Source of the DNA: Candidatus Syntropharchaeum sp.
GTDB lineage: Archaea; Halobacteriota; Syntropharchaeia; Syntropharchaeales; Syntropharchaeaceae
Direction: 5' to 3'
DNA: 64,000 nt
NCBI GenBank assembly: GCA_026134025.1
Contig: JAOQII010000002.1
Location: 6,008 to 70,007 of the forward strand
In this document: positions 36,109 to 44,294 of the stretch, piece by piece
Position numbering within the stretch: position 1 is the stretch's first letter
Layout of the letters: the number at the start of each line of letters is the position of its first letter
Notes under the pieces: model-generated
The model's database searches: none
The model's input: only the letters and a program-made list of their open reading frames with translations
Told to the model about the DNA's origin: nothing
Made by a program: the position numbers and the translations under genes

Positions 36109-36469
36109 TTTGCTCGATCATCGAGGATCGATTGAGAAGCGTCTCATGAAACTGACAGGACGTGTGATCTGGGTTGTACAGCTCAATCTATCCTCCTTCA
36201 GCTGCGGGTGCACCGGGATAACGATATTTTTTGCGGGGCTTGAGAAAGAGGACGTTGAGGTATTTGCATCCAGGATCGTCGAGATACTCAACGAGGTCAC
36301 AGCAAGCGTGAGACTTGATCCTGATATCATCTATGCGTCGCTGGTACCTGGATCATCAGAGGTTGGCTCGATCTCACTGAAACGCCTATGTGATGAATGC
36401 AGAAAAGACTATGGCGGAGATGTAAGGCCCTGGAGTAACATAAGCATTCTTTATAAAAAAGCGTGCTAA
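36092..36469 (+). CDS. Hypothetical protein (about 125 aa), last gene of the McrA-like operon
   Basis: The ORF overlaps the U32 gene's 3' end by 17 nt (32 nt if it starts at 36077). I recognise no family. Confidence 0.4.
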   Translation: MNTLNNLLDHRGSIEKRLMKLTGRVIWVVQLNLSSFSCGCTGITIFFAGLEKEDVEVFASRIVEILNEVTASVRLDPDIIYASLVPGSSEVGSISLKRLCDECRKDYGGDVRPWSNISILYKKAC

Positions 36470-36516
36470 ACCCTCCAAAAACATTCACGCCCTACGACAA
36501 TTATATGCGAGAAAGA

Positions 36517-36524
36517 CTTAAATA
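36517..36524 (+). promoter_or_regulatory. TATA-like box (ttaaataa) for tRNA-Asp
   Basis: Lies 28-35 nt upstream of tRNA position 1, which fits the archaeal spacing of about -27. Confidence 0.35.
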
Positions 36525-36551
36525 ATGTGGAGAGAGTGATAGTATATCTCT

Positions 36552-36624
36552 GCCCGGGTAGTGTAGAGGCCCATCATGGAGCCCTGTCGAGGCTTCGACT
36601 CGGGTTCGAATCCCGACCTGGGCG
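36552..36624 (+). tRNA. tRNA-Asp (anticodon GTC)
   Basis: Cloverleaf folded by hand. The acceptor stem GCCCGGG/CCTGGGC has one G-U pair. The anticodon stem GAGCC/GGCTT closes the loop CTGTCGA. The T-arm is GGGTTCGAATCCC. 73 nt, no encoded CCA, and a T6 tract follows at 36629-36634. Confidence 0.9.
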
Positions 36625-36659
36625 TACATTTTTTATCTATTGAGATTGTTAATCAAAAT

Positions 36660-39600
36660 ATGCGTTCTTATTACACTAATATTAAGCGAATGAGGGAGAT
36701 CATTAAAAATTGTGAGGGCTTTGATCGGATCATCGTTGTAACATCAAATAAGAATCAGGCGGCATTCTGGAAAAAGAGGCTTGATGGGGTCAAAGATCAG
36801 ATCATAGGTCAAAATTCGAAGATCTATGTTGTTCTTGAAGAATGGAAGGCTGGACAGCTTCTTGGCACATTGAACGCGTGGAATGAAGCCTGTAAGGAGG
36901 AGGATCTTGATGCACTTCTGGAGAATGGGGGGAAGGTTGCTATATACCACACCGCGGGTCTTGGGAAGCGTATGGCGCCGATTGTTCAATCAGAGGGGGG
37001 AGATAAATCTGCGATTAAGCTTCCAGGGTTACTTGAATATGACGGGCAAAAGGTACCAATGAGACTGCTTGAAGCTGTAATATACCAGTCTTCGATATTT
37101 GCACCGTCTCGTAGGGGCAGGATCTGCGTTTTCTGGACAGATCAGGTCTTTATTCCATCAGGAGATGTGGAGTTTGAAGGAAAGCATCACGTCGAACTCT
37201 TGAGTATCAGAAGAGAAGCACCGAGAACCCGGGAGGATTGGGACCAGAACTGGCGGTCTTACGGGCTTGTAATCCCTGATGATGATGGGGCAATGATGCT
37301 CGAGAAGCAAACCTGGGATGAGTTTACGAGGCTCATCGATGGTGGCATCATAAAGCCAAAGAAAGGGAAGTTTGTAATCGCAAAAGGACTTGGATGTTTC
37401 TCGATATCACATAAATTCTTCATTGAAGTTCTTGCTGCGTTCAGGAAGGATCTGGAAGAGCGAGGGAAGCTTGATACAGATCCTGATCTGTGGATGCCCC
37501 TGACATCACCCCAATTTGTTGAGACCGAGAAAAGGGCAAGAGTTGAAGGTTTGATAGATAAATTTGCACCGGGAGATCTGATCTTTAAAGATAAAGACGT
37601 GGGTGCTGATACATACTGGTGGGACTTTGGACAGGTCAGGCTCTACCATCAAAACCTGTTGAAACTGACAGAGGAGACAGAAGAGGGGGAGGTGATGCGT
37701 ACCTTCTTCAGGATCTGGAATGGCTCATCTGTGGTTGATAGCGTGATTAAGGATTCAGATCTTAGAGCGTGTGTCGTGATCTCAAGCCGGCTCAAGGGCG
37801 TGAGAGCGAAAAACTCTGTCATCTACAACTGTATCGAGCTTTCTGGATTCTCGGCTGAGAAGGAGGTTGTTGCAGATATTTTTCATCCGCTCAAGGGAAA
37901 GATAAGGATGAGAGCAGAGATATCTCGGGATGGAAAAAAAGACTGGAACCAGCGAATTTCTCCAAACTCATATACCTACGAGGAGCTTGAGTGTTTGATG
38001 AGAGATGTCTCGATGGATGAAATACACAAAGAGAGGCGTGTCTGGGAGAACTACTTCACACTGGATCTTGGAGCGGAATTTGATAGACTTAAATATTCAG
38101 GTGTACGGTTTAAGGAGAATCTCGTTCTGAAGGCATGGGGATACGAGTCCTGGCTCTGCTCTGCTCATCCCGCAAACCCATCGATGATAAGGGTTAGAGA
38201 TCTTGATATACCCCTGATTCACCTCCTGAATCATTGTGGAAGCTCGATAATCGGTAAGCAGATTTACAGCGATTTCAAGGGTGAGTTTCCGATACTGACC
38301 AAGTTCATAAACGCAGAGGAGAACCTATCTGTCCAGGTCCACCCATCTGATGAGGATGCTGAGCTTTTAGGTGAGGTTGAACGAGGAAAGACCGAGAGCT
38401 GGTACGTGATCGATGCAAAGCCAGGTGCAAAGATATATCTTGGCCTTAAAGAGGGGATCTCTGATCTTTCTGCGATTACAGAGGATGACCTGAATGCGAT
38501 CGAGGTTAAAGCTAATGATGTGTTCCTCATTCCTGCAGGAACACTTCATGCGATAGGTGGGGGAATTCTCCTCTTTGAGATTCAGGAATCGTCTGATATA
38601 ACATACAGGGTCTGGGATTGTGGGAGGGGGAGAGAACTTCATCTTGAGAAGGCGAGAGTAGTTTGCGTCTTTGATCAGGATCCAACTAATTTAAAACAAA
38701 GTCCTGAGCAAGTTAATGGCGAGATAGTACTTGTTGATACGCTTTATTTCACTTTATCGCTTATAGAAAGCGGTAAAGAGGAGACCATGGGATCATTTCA
38801 TCTTCTGACCGCGATCGAAGAAGATGCTGTGCTGGAGGTTGATGGAAGGCACGAGGAGTTAAAAAAAGGTGATACGGTCTTGATTCCAGCATCTATCCCG
38901 GCATACAGGATCAGATCGCGTGGAAAGGTTCTGAAGTCGTATCTTCGCACGCCTGAACAGATAGATCCTGTGATCTTCCAGACGTATGATGTGAGAGCTC
39001 ATGAGAGCAAACTTCCAGACCGGGTCTGCTATTACCTTGGAAAGGGATATGGGACCTATCTGCGCAGGCTTAAAGGTGCACCAGAAGGTGAGTTATGGGT
39101 CTGCATCGGCGGTGGGATCAGGCTCTCAACCCCACGGATAAGAAAGTCGCTCATCGCTGGAGTCTTATCAAGTGGTGTCAACGTCTACGATCTTGGGATA
39201 ACCTCAACACCAGAACTTTACTTCTCAATCCCCTTCCTCGGTGCGGATGGTGGGATAAATATAACAGCATCTCACAACCCGGCTTTTTACAACGGCCTTA
39301 AACAGGTCATAAAAAGTGATGATGGTTTCATATCAAGCATAAATCGTGATGAGATGCTTGAGATAAAAAGGACGATCCTCGAATCGGATTTTCTTGAGGG
39401 GAAAGGAAGGTCGATGAAGGTCGAGGAGGGATCGATCCCCAGATACCATAACATTCTCGTTGAGTCAAATTGCAGACTCGGCAGGGAGATCTGGATTCAT
39501 CTTTTAAAGAATTGGAACCTGAGAGAACTTCTCGATACGCTCTCAAACGTGAGCTTTCCAGAAAAGGCAGATCGAAAAAGCTTGAAAGCGATTAAGGAGA

Positions 39601-40661
39601 GGCTTCGGATTCCAGATGACCTTGAGTTGCCCATTACAGCGGTTGATAAGCCACTGGCTGGTCTGAAAGTTGTTATAGACTTTGGTAACGGCTCTGCATG
39701 GAGGACACAACGTGTGTATGAAAATCTGGGCTGTGAGGTCATTGGCTTGAATCAAAAACCTGATGGAAATTTCCCAGCCCATCATCCTGACCCCATCAAG
39801 GCAAAATACCGAAAAGAGCTTGAAGAAACTACTGTCAGGGTTGCAGCACAGGAGAAAGAGAAGGAAGTTGTGGGGTTCGGGCACGACGAGGATGGGGATC
39901 GCGTAATTTTTGTCAGATCTGATGGAAAGGTTGTTGAGGGAGATCGGACGCTTGCGATACAGGCGAAAGATATAATAGAGGATTACAGCACAAGAGGGAA
40001 AAAACCAAAATTCATCGGTGAGGTTAAGTTCTCACGGGTTACAGAAGAGTTCATAACGTCGAGTGGGGGCGAGTATATCATGACACCGACGGGTTTTGCC
40101 TTCATAAAGGAGCGGATAAAGGAAGAATACAAGAAGGGGGAAGATGTTGTGCTTGCAGCAGAGCTTTCAGGACATCAGATGACAGGGCATGAAGAGAACT
40201 GGATGTTTGATGACGGAACAATGGCAGCCTGTAAACTTCTTATTGTAATCGCAAAGGCAAGGTCTGAGGGCAAGACGTTCATCGATCTTGATGAGGCTAT
40301 TCCACGCTATCCTGCAACACCTGAGATAAACATAAAACTTCCAACGAATGCGCTCGATGAGAAGGAGGAGATTGTGAGAACAGCTCTCAGGCGATTTGAA
40401 GAGATGGATTTTGAGATAGATTACACTGATGGTGGCTTGATAAAGTGGTATGATGACGAGGGTTGGGCGGGGCAGGCACTCATCAGAAAATCAAACACAC
40501 AGCCGATGATAATATGCAGGGTTGAAGGCAGGGATGAAGCGAGAAAGGAAAGGGTCGAGGCAGAGTTCTTCGGCGTGCTTGAGCAAATATCGACCGATGT
40601 TCTCGATAAGCTTGATCTTGAGTCTGATGATTACCTCAGGGAATGGAAAGTTAAGAGATAA
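36660..40661 (+). CDS. Three-domain fusion: FPGT/fucokinase-N-like sugar-1-phosphate nucleotidyltransferase + type I mannose-6-phosphate isomerase + phosphomannomutase/phosphoglucomutase
   Basis: The N-terminus has 'RIIVVTSNKNQAAFWKKRL' (FPGT-like). The middle part has the PMI cupin motifs 'QVHPSDEDAE', 'TESWYVID' and 'IPAGTLHAIGGG..EIQESSDITYRVWD'. The C-terminus has the PGM/PMM motifs 'NITASHNPAFYNG', 'GHDEDGDR' and 'AELSGH'. The start was moved to ATG 36660 because the ORF-track start overlaps tRNA-Asp. Confidence 0.85.
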   Translation: MRSYYTNIKRMREIIKNCEGFDRIIVVTSNKNQAAFWKKRLDGVKDQIIGQNSKIYVVLEEWKAGQLLGTLNAWNEACKEEDLDALLENGGKVAIYHTAGLGKRMAPIVQSEGGDKSAIKLPGLLEYDGQKVPMRLLEAVIYQSSIFAPSRRGRICVFWTDQVFIPSGDVEFEGKHHVELLSIRREAPRTREDWDQNWRSYGLVIPDDDGAMMLEKQTWDEFTRLIDGGIIKPKKGKFVIAKGLGCFSISHKFFIEVLAAFRKDLEERGKLDTDPDLWMPLTSPQFVETEKRARVEGLIDKFAPGDLIFKDKDVGADTYWWDFGQVRLYHQNLLKLTEETEEGEVMRTFFRIWNGSSVVDSVIKDSDLRACVVISSRLKGVRAKNSVIYNCIELSGFSAEKEVVADIFHPLKGKIRMRAEISRDGKKDWNQRISPNSYTYEELECLMRDVSMDEIHKERRVWENYFTLDLGAEFDRLKYSGVRFKENLVLKAWGYESWLCSAHPANPSMIRVRDLDIPLIHLLNHCGSSIIGKQIYSDFKGEFPILTKFINAEENLSVQVHPSDEDAELLGEVERGKTESWYVIDAKPGAKIYLGLKEGISDLSAITEDDLNAIEVKANDVFLIPAGTLHAIGGGILLFEIQESSDITYRVWDCGRGRELHLEKARVVCVFDQDPTNLKQSPEQVNGEIVLVDTLYFTLSLIESGKEETMGSFHLLTAIEEDAVLEVDGRHEELKKGDTVLIPASIPAYRIRSRGKVLKSYLRTPEQIDPVIFQTYDVRAHESKLPDRVCYYLGKGYGTYLRRLKGAPEGELWVCIGGGIRLSTPRIRKSLIAGVLSSGVNVYDLGITSTPELYFSIPFLGADGGINITASHNPAFYNGLKQVIKSDDGFISSINRDEMLEIKRTILESDFLEGKGRSMKVEEGSIPRYHNILVESNCRLGREIWIHLLKNWNLRELLDTLSNVSFPEKADRKSLKAIKERLRIPDDLELPITAVDKPLAGLKVVIDFGNGSAWRTQRVYENLGCEVIGLNQKPDGNFPAHHPDPIKAKYRKELEETTVRVAAQEKEKEVVGFGHDEDGDRVIFVRSDGKVVEGDRTLAIQAKDIIEDYSTRGKKPKFIGEVKFSRVTEEFITSSGGEYIMTPTGFAFIKERIKEEYKKGEDVVLAAELSGHQMTGHEENWMFDDGTMAACKLLIVIAKARSEGKTFIDLDEAIPRYPATPEINIKLPTNALDEKEEIVRTALRRFEEMDFEIDYTDGGLIKWYDDEGWAGQALIRKSNTQPMIICRVEGRDEARKERVEAEFFGVLEQISTDVLDKLDLESDDYLREWKVKR

Positions 40662-40680
40662 AAAGCGTGAGGTCTTATCC

Positions 40681-42006
40681 TCACAGTATCGGAAGAAGCT
40701 TCTCCAGCTCATAAGGTGTGATACGCACCCTGTAATTATCCCACTCAACTTTCTTGCTCGTTATGAAGTTCTGGAATATATGATCACCCAGCGTCTTTCT
40801 GATTAGTTCACTCTCTTCCGTGATACCTATCGCTTCTATCAGGCTTCCAGGGAGGGAATTGATCCCGAGTTTTGCTTTTTCATCTTCGGTGAGGTGGTAG
40901 ACGTCCTGCTCAACCGGGTCAGGCAGTTCATACTTATTCTTGATCCCCTCAAGCCCTGCTGCAAGCATAACAGAGAACGCAAGATAGGGGTTACACGCCG
41001 GGTCAGGACTTCTATATTCAACCCTTGTAGCCCTCTCCTTTCCAGGCTTGTACATCGGAACTCTCACAAGGGTTGATCTGTTCCTTCGTGCCCATGTAAT
41101 GTAGACCGGTGCTTCATATCCTGGAACGAGACGCTTGTATGAGTTCATCCACTGGTTTGTAACAGCGGTGATCTCCTGTGCATGACTGAGAAGTCCTGCT
41201 ATGTAGTACCTGCATGTATCTGATAGACCAGCTGGATCGTTTGCATCGAAGAATGCGTTACGATCCCCCTTGAAGAGGGACTGGTGCACATGCATACCCG
41301 AGCCGTTCACACCAAAGATCGGCTTTGGCATGAATGTTGCATAGACCCCGTGCATCCTTGCAATCTCCTTTACAACCATACGGTAGGTCATGACATTGTC
41401 TGCCATCGTGAGTGCATCCATGTATCTCAGATCGATCTCATGCTGGGATGGTGCAACCTCGTGATGGCTATACTCAACATATATACCCATTGCCTCGAGG
41501 GCAAGGATCGTATCTCTCCTCCAGTCTGATGCTGCATCAAGCGTTGTCAGATCGAAGTATCCGCCTTCATCAAGTACCTCGGTGCCGAGTTCATCCTTGA
41601 AGTAAAAGTACTCAAGCTCAGGTCCGATATACATCGTATAACCCATCTCATCCAGTTGCTCGAGGTTGCGTTTCAGGGCATATCTTGGGTCCCCCTCGTA
41701 AGGGCTTCCGTCTGGCTGTAGAATATCGCAGAACATCCTCCCAACCGCTTTTTCCTTTGGTTTCCATGGTATCAGCTGAAAAGTTGTAGGATCTGGCTTT
41801 GCGAGCATATCACTCTCATCTATCCGTGCAAATCCCTCGATAGATGATCCATCAAAACCCATCCCTTCGGCAAATGCGCCTTCAAGCTCAGCCCTCTGGA
41901 TCGCAAAGCTCTTGAGCTGCCCGAGGATGTCTGTGAACCACATCTGGACGAACCTTACATCTTTCTCTTCGATCTCCTTATATACTTCATCTACATTATT
42001 CGTCAT
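40681..42006 (-). CDS. glnA: Glutamine synthetase type I
   Basis: 441 aa with 'VRFVQMWFTDILGQLKSF', 'GSGMHVHQSLF' and 'NPYLAFSVMLAAGLEGI'. Confidence 0.95.
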   Translation of the reverse strand: MTNNVDEVYKEIEEKDVRFVQMWFTDILGQLKSFAIQRAELEGAFAEGMGFDGSSIEGFARIDESDMLAKPDPTTFQLIPWKPKEKAVGRMFCDILQPDGSPYEGDPRYALKRNLEQLDEMGYTMYIGPELEYFYFKDELGTEVLDEGGYFDLTTLDAASDWRRDTILALEAMGIYVEYSHHEVAPSQHEIDLRYMDALTMADNVMTYRMVVKEIARMHGVYATFMPKPIFGVNGSGMHVHQSLFKGDRNAFFDANDPAGLSDTCRYYIAGLLSHAQEITAVTNQWMNSYKRLVPGYEAPVYITWARRNRSTLVRVPMYKPGKERATRVEYRSPDPACNPYLAFSVMLAAGLEGIKNKYELPDPVEQDVYHLTEDEKAKLGINSLPGSLIEAIGITEESELIRKTLGDHIFQNFITSKKVEWDNYRVRITPYELEKLLPIL

Positions 42007-42046
42007 CTATGAACCTCAGTTACATACTTTTCATTCAGTAGGCTTC

Positions 42047-42054
42047 TATATAAA
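42047..42054 (-). promoter_or_regulatory. TATA box (tttatata on the minus strand) for glnA
   Basis: Matches the archaeal consensus and lies 41-48 nt upstream of the glnA ATG. Confidence 0.35.
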
Positions 42055-42142
42055 CTTAATTGAGAACTTTTAATAAATCTTATGAAAAATTACTGATTCA
42101 ACAACAAAAAATATATAGTAGTAAAAATTTAATAGTCGAATG

Positions 42143-42155
42143 AGGATATTATCCT
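42143..42155. promoter_or_regulatory. Perfect 6-1-6 palindrome AGGATA-T-TATCCT in the glnA/lrp divergent spacer
   Basis: The inverted repeat was checked by hand. This is a candidate regulator site, but function is not established. Confidence 0.2.
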
Positions 42156-42308
42156 GAAACCCCCAACACGTCTCACTCTTGCCCTTGATGATGAGACCGT
42201 GAGGATCTCCCAGAGTGAGCATATCAGAAGAGCTTTGAGGTTTTATCGTGACTATAAATCGATCGTTGATCCTTGGGGGAAGAGATGCTCCATGAAGGTG
42301 AGCACATA

Positions 42309-42761
42309 ATGACACAAAGAACAGATGAACTGGATATTAAGGTGATAAGGGAGCTTAAGAAGGATGCAAGAAGAAGCTACAGGGAGATAGCAGAACGGCT
42401 CGGGGTTTCAGAGGGGACGGTATATAATAGAGTTCAGAAACTCAGAGAGAACGGCGTGATAAAGCGGTTCATACTTGATATTGATTATTCCCTGCTTGGA
42501 TATGATCTCACTGCATTAATCGGGTTGACTGTGGAAGGGGGACACCTCACAGAGGTTGAGGGGATAATAGCAGAAGAACCGAACGTCTCTGCGGTCTTTG
42601 ATGTTACAGGAGATTATGATGCGGTCATTGTAGCAAAGTTTAAGGGTAGAAAGGAACTCAACGATCTTGTAAAAGATATTCTATCGATCCCGCATGTTTT
42701 AAGGACACATACGATGATAGTCCTGAATGTTGTCAAGGAGGAGCACGGGGTTGAGGTTTAG
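42309..42761 (+). CDS. Lrp/AsnC-family transcriptional regulator
   Basis: HTH 'SYREIAERLGVSEGTVYNRVQKL' followed by a RAM/ACT-like C-terminal domain. 150 aa from ATG 42309. Confidence 0.85.
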   Translation: MTQRTDELDIKVIRELKKDARRSYREIAERLGVSEGTVYNRVQKLRENGVIKRFILDIDYSLLGYDLTALIGLTVEGGHLTEVEGIIAEEPNVSAVFDVTGDYDAVIVAKFKGRKELNDLVKDILSIPHVLRTHTMIVLNVVKEEHGVEV

Positions 42762-42983
42762 GGATCTGTTTATAATCCGTCAAAGGTTGAATAGAAGTGA
42801 CCCAGCAGAAAGTATCACAAAATCACAGATAAGGGACGGGGGGAGTTTGAAAGGGCAAGAGAGATTGATATCGGCTTTCAATGTGCATTTTGAATGAGAA
42901 TTAGCTACCAGATATCTCCACGTCTTGATGCCTGATCGTACAATGTCGCCTAGCAAAATCCAAAAAAAAGGAGGAAAAGGGGC

Positions 42984-44057
42984 TTATCGCCACTTTCCAA
43001 GATATGTCGCGATGGCAAGCGCCACAATACCGAACACAATCTCAAACCCAGGTGGCTCTTCTGGTGTTGCGGTTACTGGAACTTCTGTTTCTGTTTCAGC
43101 AGGCATGGTGCTGATCCCATAGATCCTATCGATCGTCTCCTGGGGTATGAACGAACCTCCCTGTCCGAGTATTTCACCTTCACAACCATCGCAGAGTACT
43201 TCCTTGTTCTCGTGACAGAATGCACAATCCTTTGCTTCAGCTGTTACCGTGTGTGCGAACCATTCACCATAGCCTGTATGTGTTGCATTAGATTCATTCA
43301 TAGCTGTCATTTTAACAAATGGCTTCACCTTACCATCAGCAGCAACGCCAAGATAGAACTGTGTGCTGTCAAAGGTGGTGCCTTTCCTGGTATCCAGATG
43401 GCAGTTCTCACACGTCACCATCCATCCCGAATGGCAGGCGGTACAGTCAAGCTTTCCTTCGTGCCTGCTGTGCGCTTCAATATTGGAATCGTACTGCGTC
43501 ACGGGCATGTCCTTGACAGTCTTTCCTGGACTTACGTGACAATCTTCACACGTCGTCGTGACTGCTTCAAGCTGGCTCGTGTACACGTTCCCATCACCGT
43601 GTAATTCCGTGGCTGTATGACAATCTATACAGGTAAGCCCTTTCTCATAGTGGATGTCTGCATGAGGGGCTTTGCTCTTGTGTACCGGCATATCACCGAT
43701 AAACGTCGCGGTTTGCTTCTTGAAATGACACTGATCACAGGTATCGATCGTTATCTCTCCACCATGTCCACCTTCATGACACTTCTCGCAGGTTGTGGCG
43801 TGACACTTGGAACAGTTCCACTCTGCATAATATTCGTCCATATCGATGCCAAAATGCTCTGCTGCGTATTTCTCGTACTCTCCCTTCATCCCTGCACCCG
43901 TATAGTGGAGTGATGTTGCAAAGTTTGCTGCAATCTCTGGATGACAGCCTTCACACCCGCCAAAGTCCTGGGTTTCGTCCGCCATAACCGAATTCACAGC
44001 CCAAATTGAGAATATTACAGCCATAAATATGACTGACATCTTTCCGATCTTCTTCAT
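42984..44057 (-). CDS. Nonahaem c-type cytochrome with signal peptide and PGF-CTERM sorting signal
   Basis: Nine CxxCH motifs: CEGCH, CSKCH, CEKCH, CDQCH, CIDCH, CEDCH, CTACH, CENCH and CAFCH. It has an N-terminal hydrophobic leader. The C-terminus reads 'TETEVPVTATPEEPPGFEIVFGIVALAIATYLGKWR'. Confidence 0.9.
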   Translation of the reverse strand: MKKIGKMSVIFMAVIFSIWAVNSVMADETQDFGGCEGCHPEIAANFATSLHYTGAGMKGEYEKYAAEHFGIDMDEYYAEWNCSKCHATTCEKCHEGGHGGEITIDTCDQCHFKKQTATFIGDMPVHKSKAPHADIHYEKGLTCIDCHTATELHGDGNVYTSQLEAVTTTCEDCHVSPGKTVKDMPVTQYDSNIEAHSRHEGKLDCTACHSGWMVTCENCHLDTRKGTTFDSTQFYLGVAADGKVKPFVKMTAMNESNATHTGYGEWFAHTVTAEAKDCAFCHENKEVLCDGCEGEILGQGGSFIPQETIDRIYGISTMPAETETEVPVTATPEEPPGFEIVFGIVALAIATYLGKWR

Positions 44058-44240
44058 TTTATTTCACCTCCCTGTATATTTGTTCTCTTTTTCACCTCTA
44101 AATGATACCTTACGCGTAGAATCAGAGGCATACTTTGATAGTATCATATATGGCTACCATTTAATGTAACTATTATATAAATTTATTGATTTTTTTGGGG
44201 ATAAGCTATGGAGAATCTTGAGATCGTATCAAAGATAAAT

Positions 44241-44250
44241 TTTATATAAA
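44241..44250 (+). promoter_or_regulatory. TATA box (tttatataaa) upstream of aglB
   Basis: A consensus-like element 45-54 nt before the start at 44295. The SD ggagtgagg lies between them. Confidence 0.35.
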
Positions 44251-44294
44251 GAAATAGCATACTCGTTACATGTAAAAAGACGGAGTGAGGTCTT

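Noticed and set aside
36576-36659. N-terminal 28 codons of the 1361-aa ORF-track protein
   Set aside because: This part is the read-through translation of tRNA-Asp (36552-36624) and its T-tract. The real start is taken as ATG 36660.
43212-43913. Plus-strand ORFs of 65-130 aa inside the cytochrome gene
   Set aside because: They are antisense to the nonahaem cytochrome ORF. They are Cys-rich mirror translations of the CxxCH codons.
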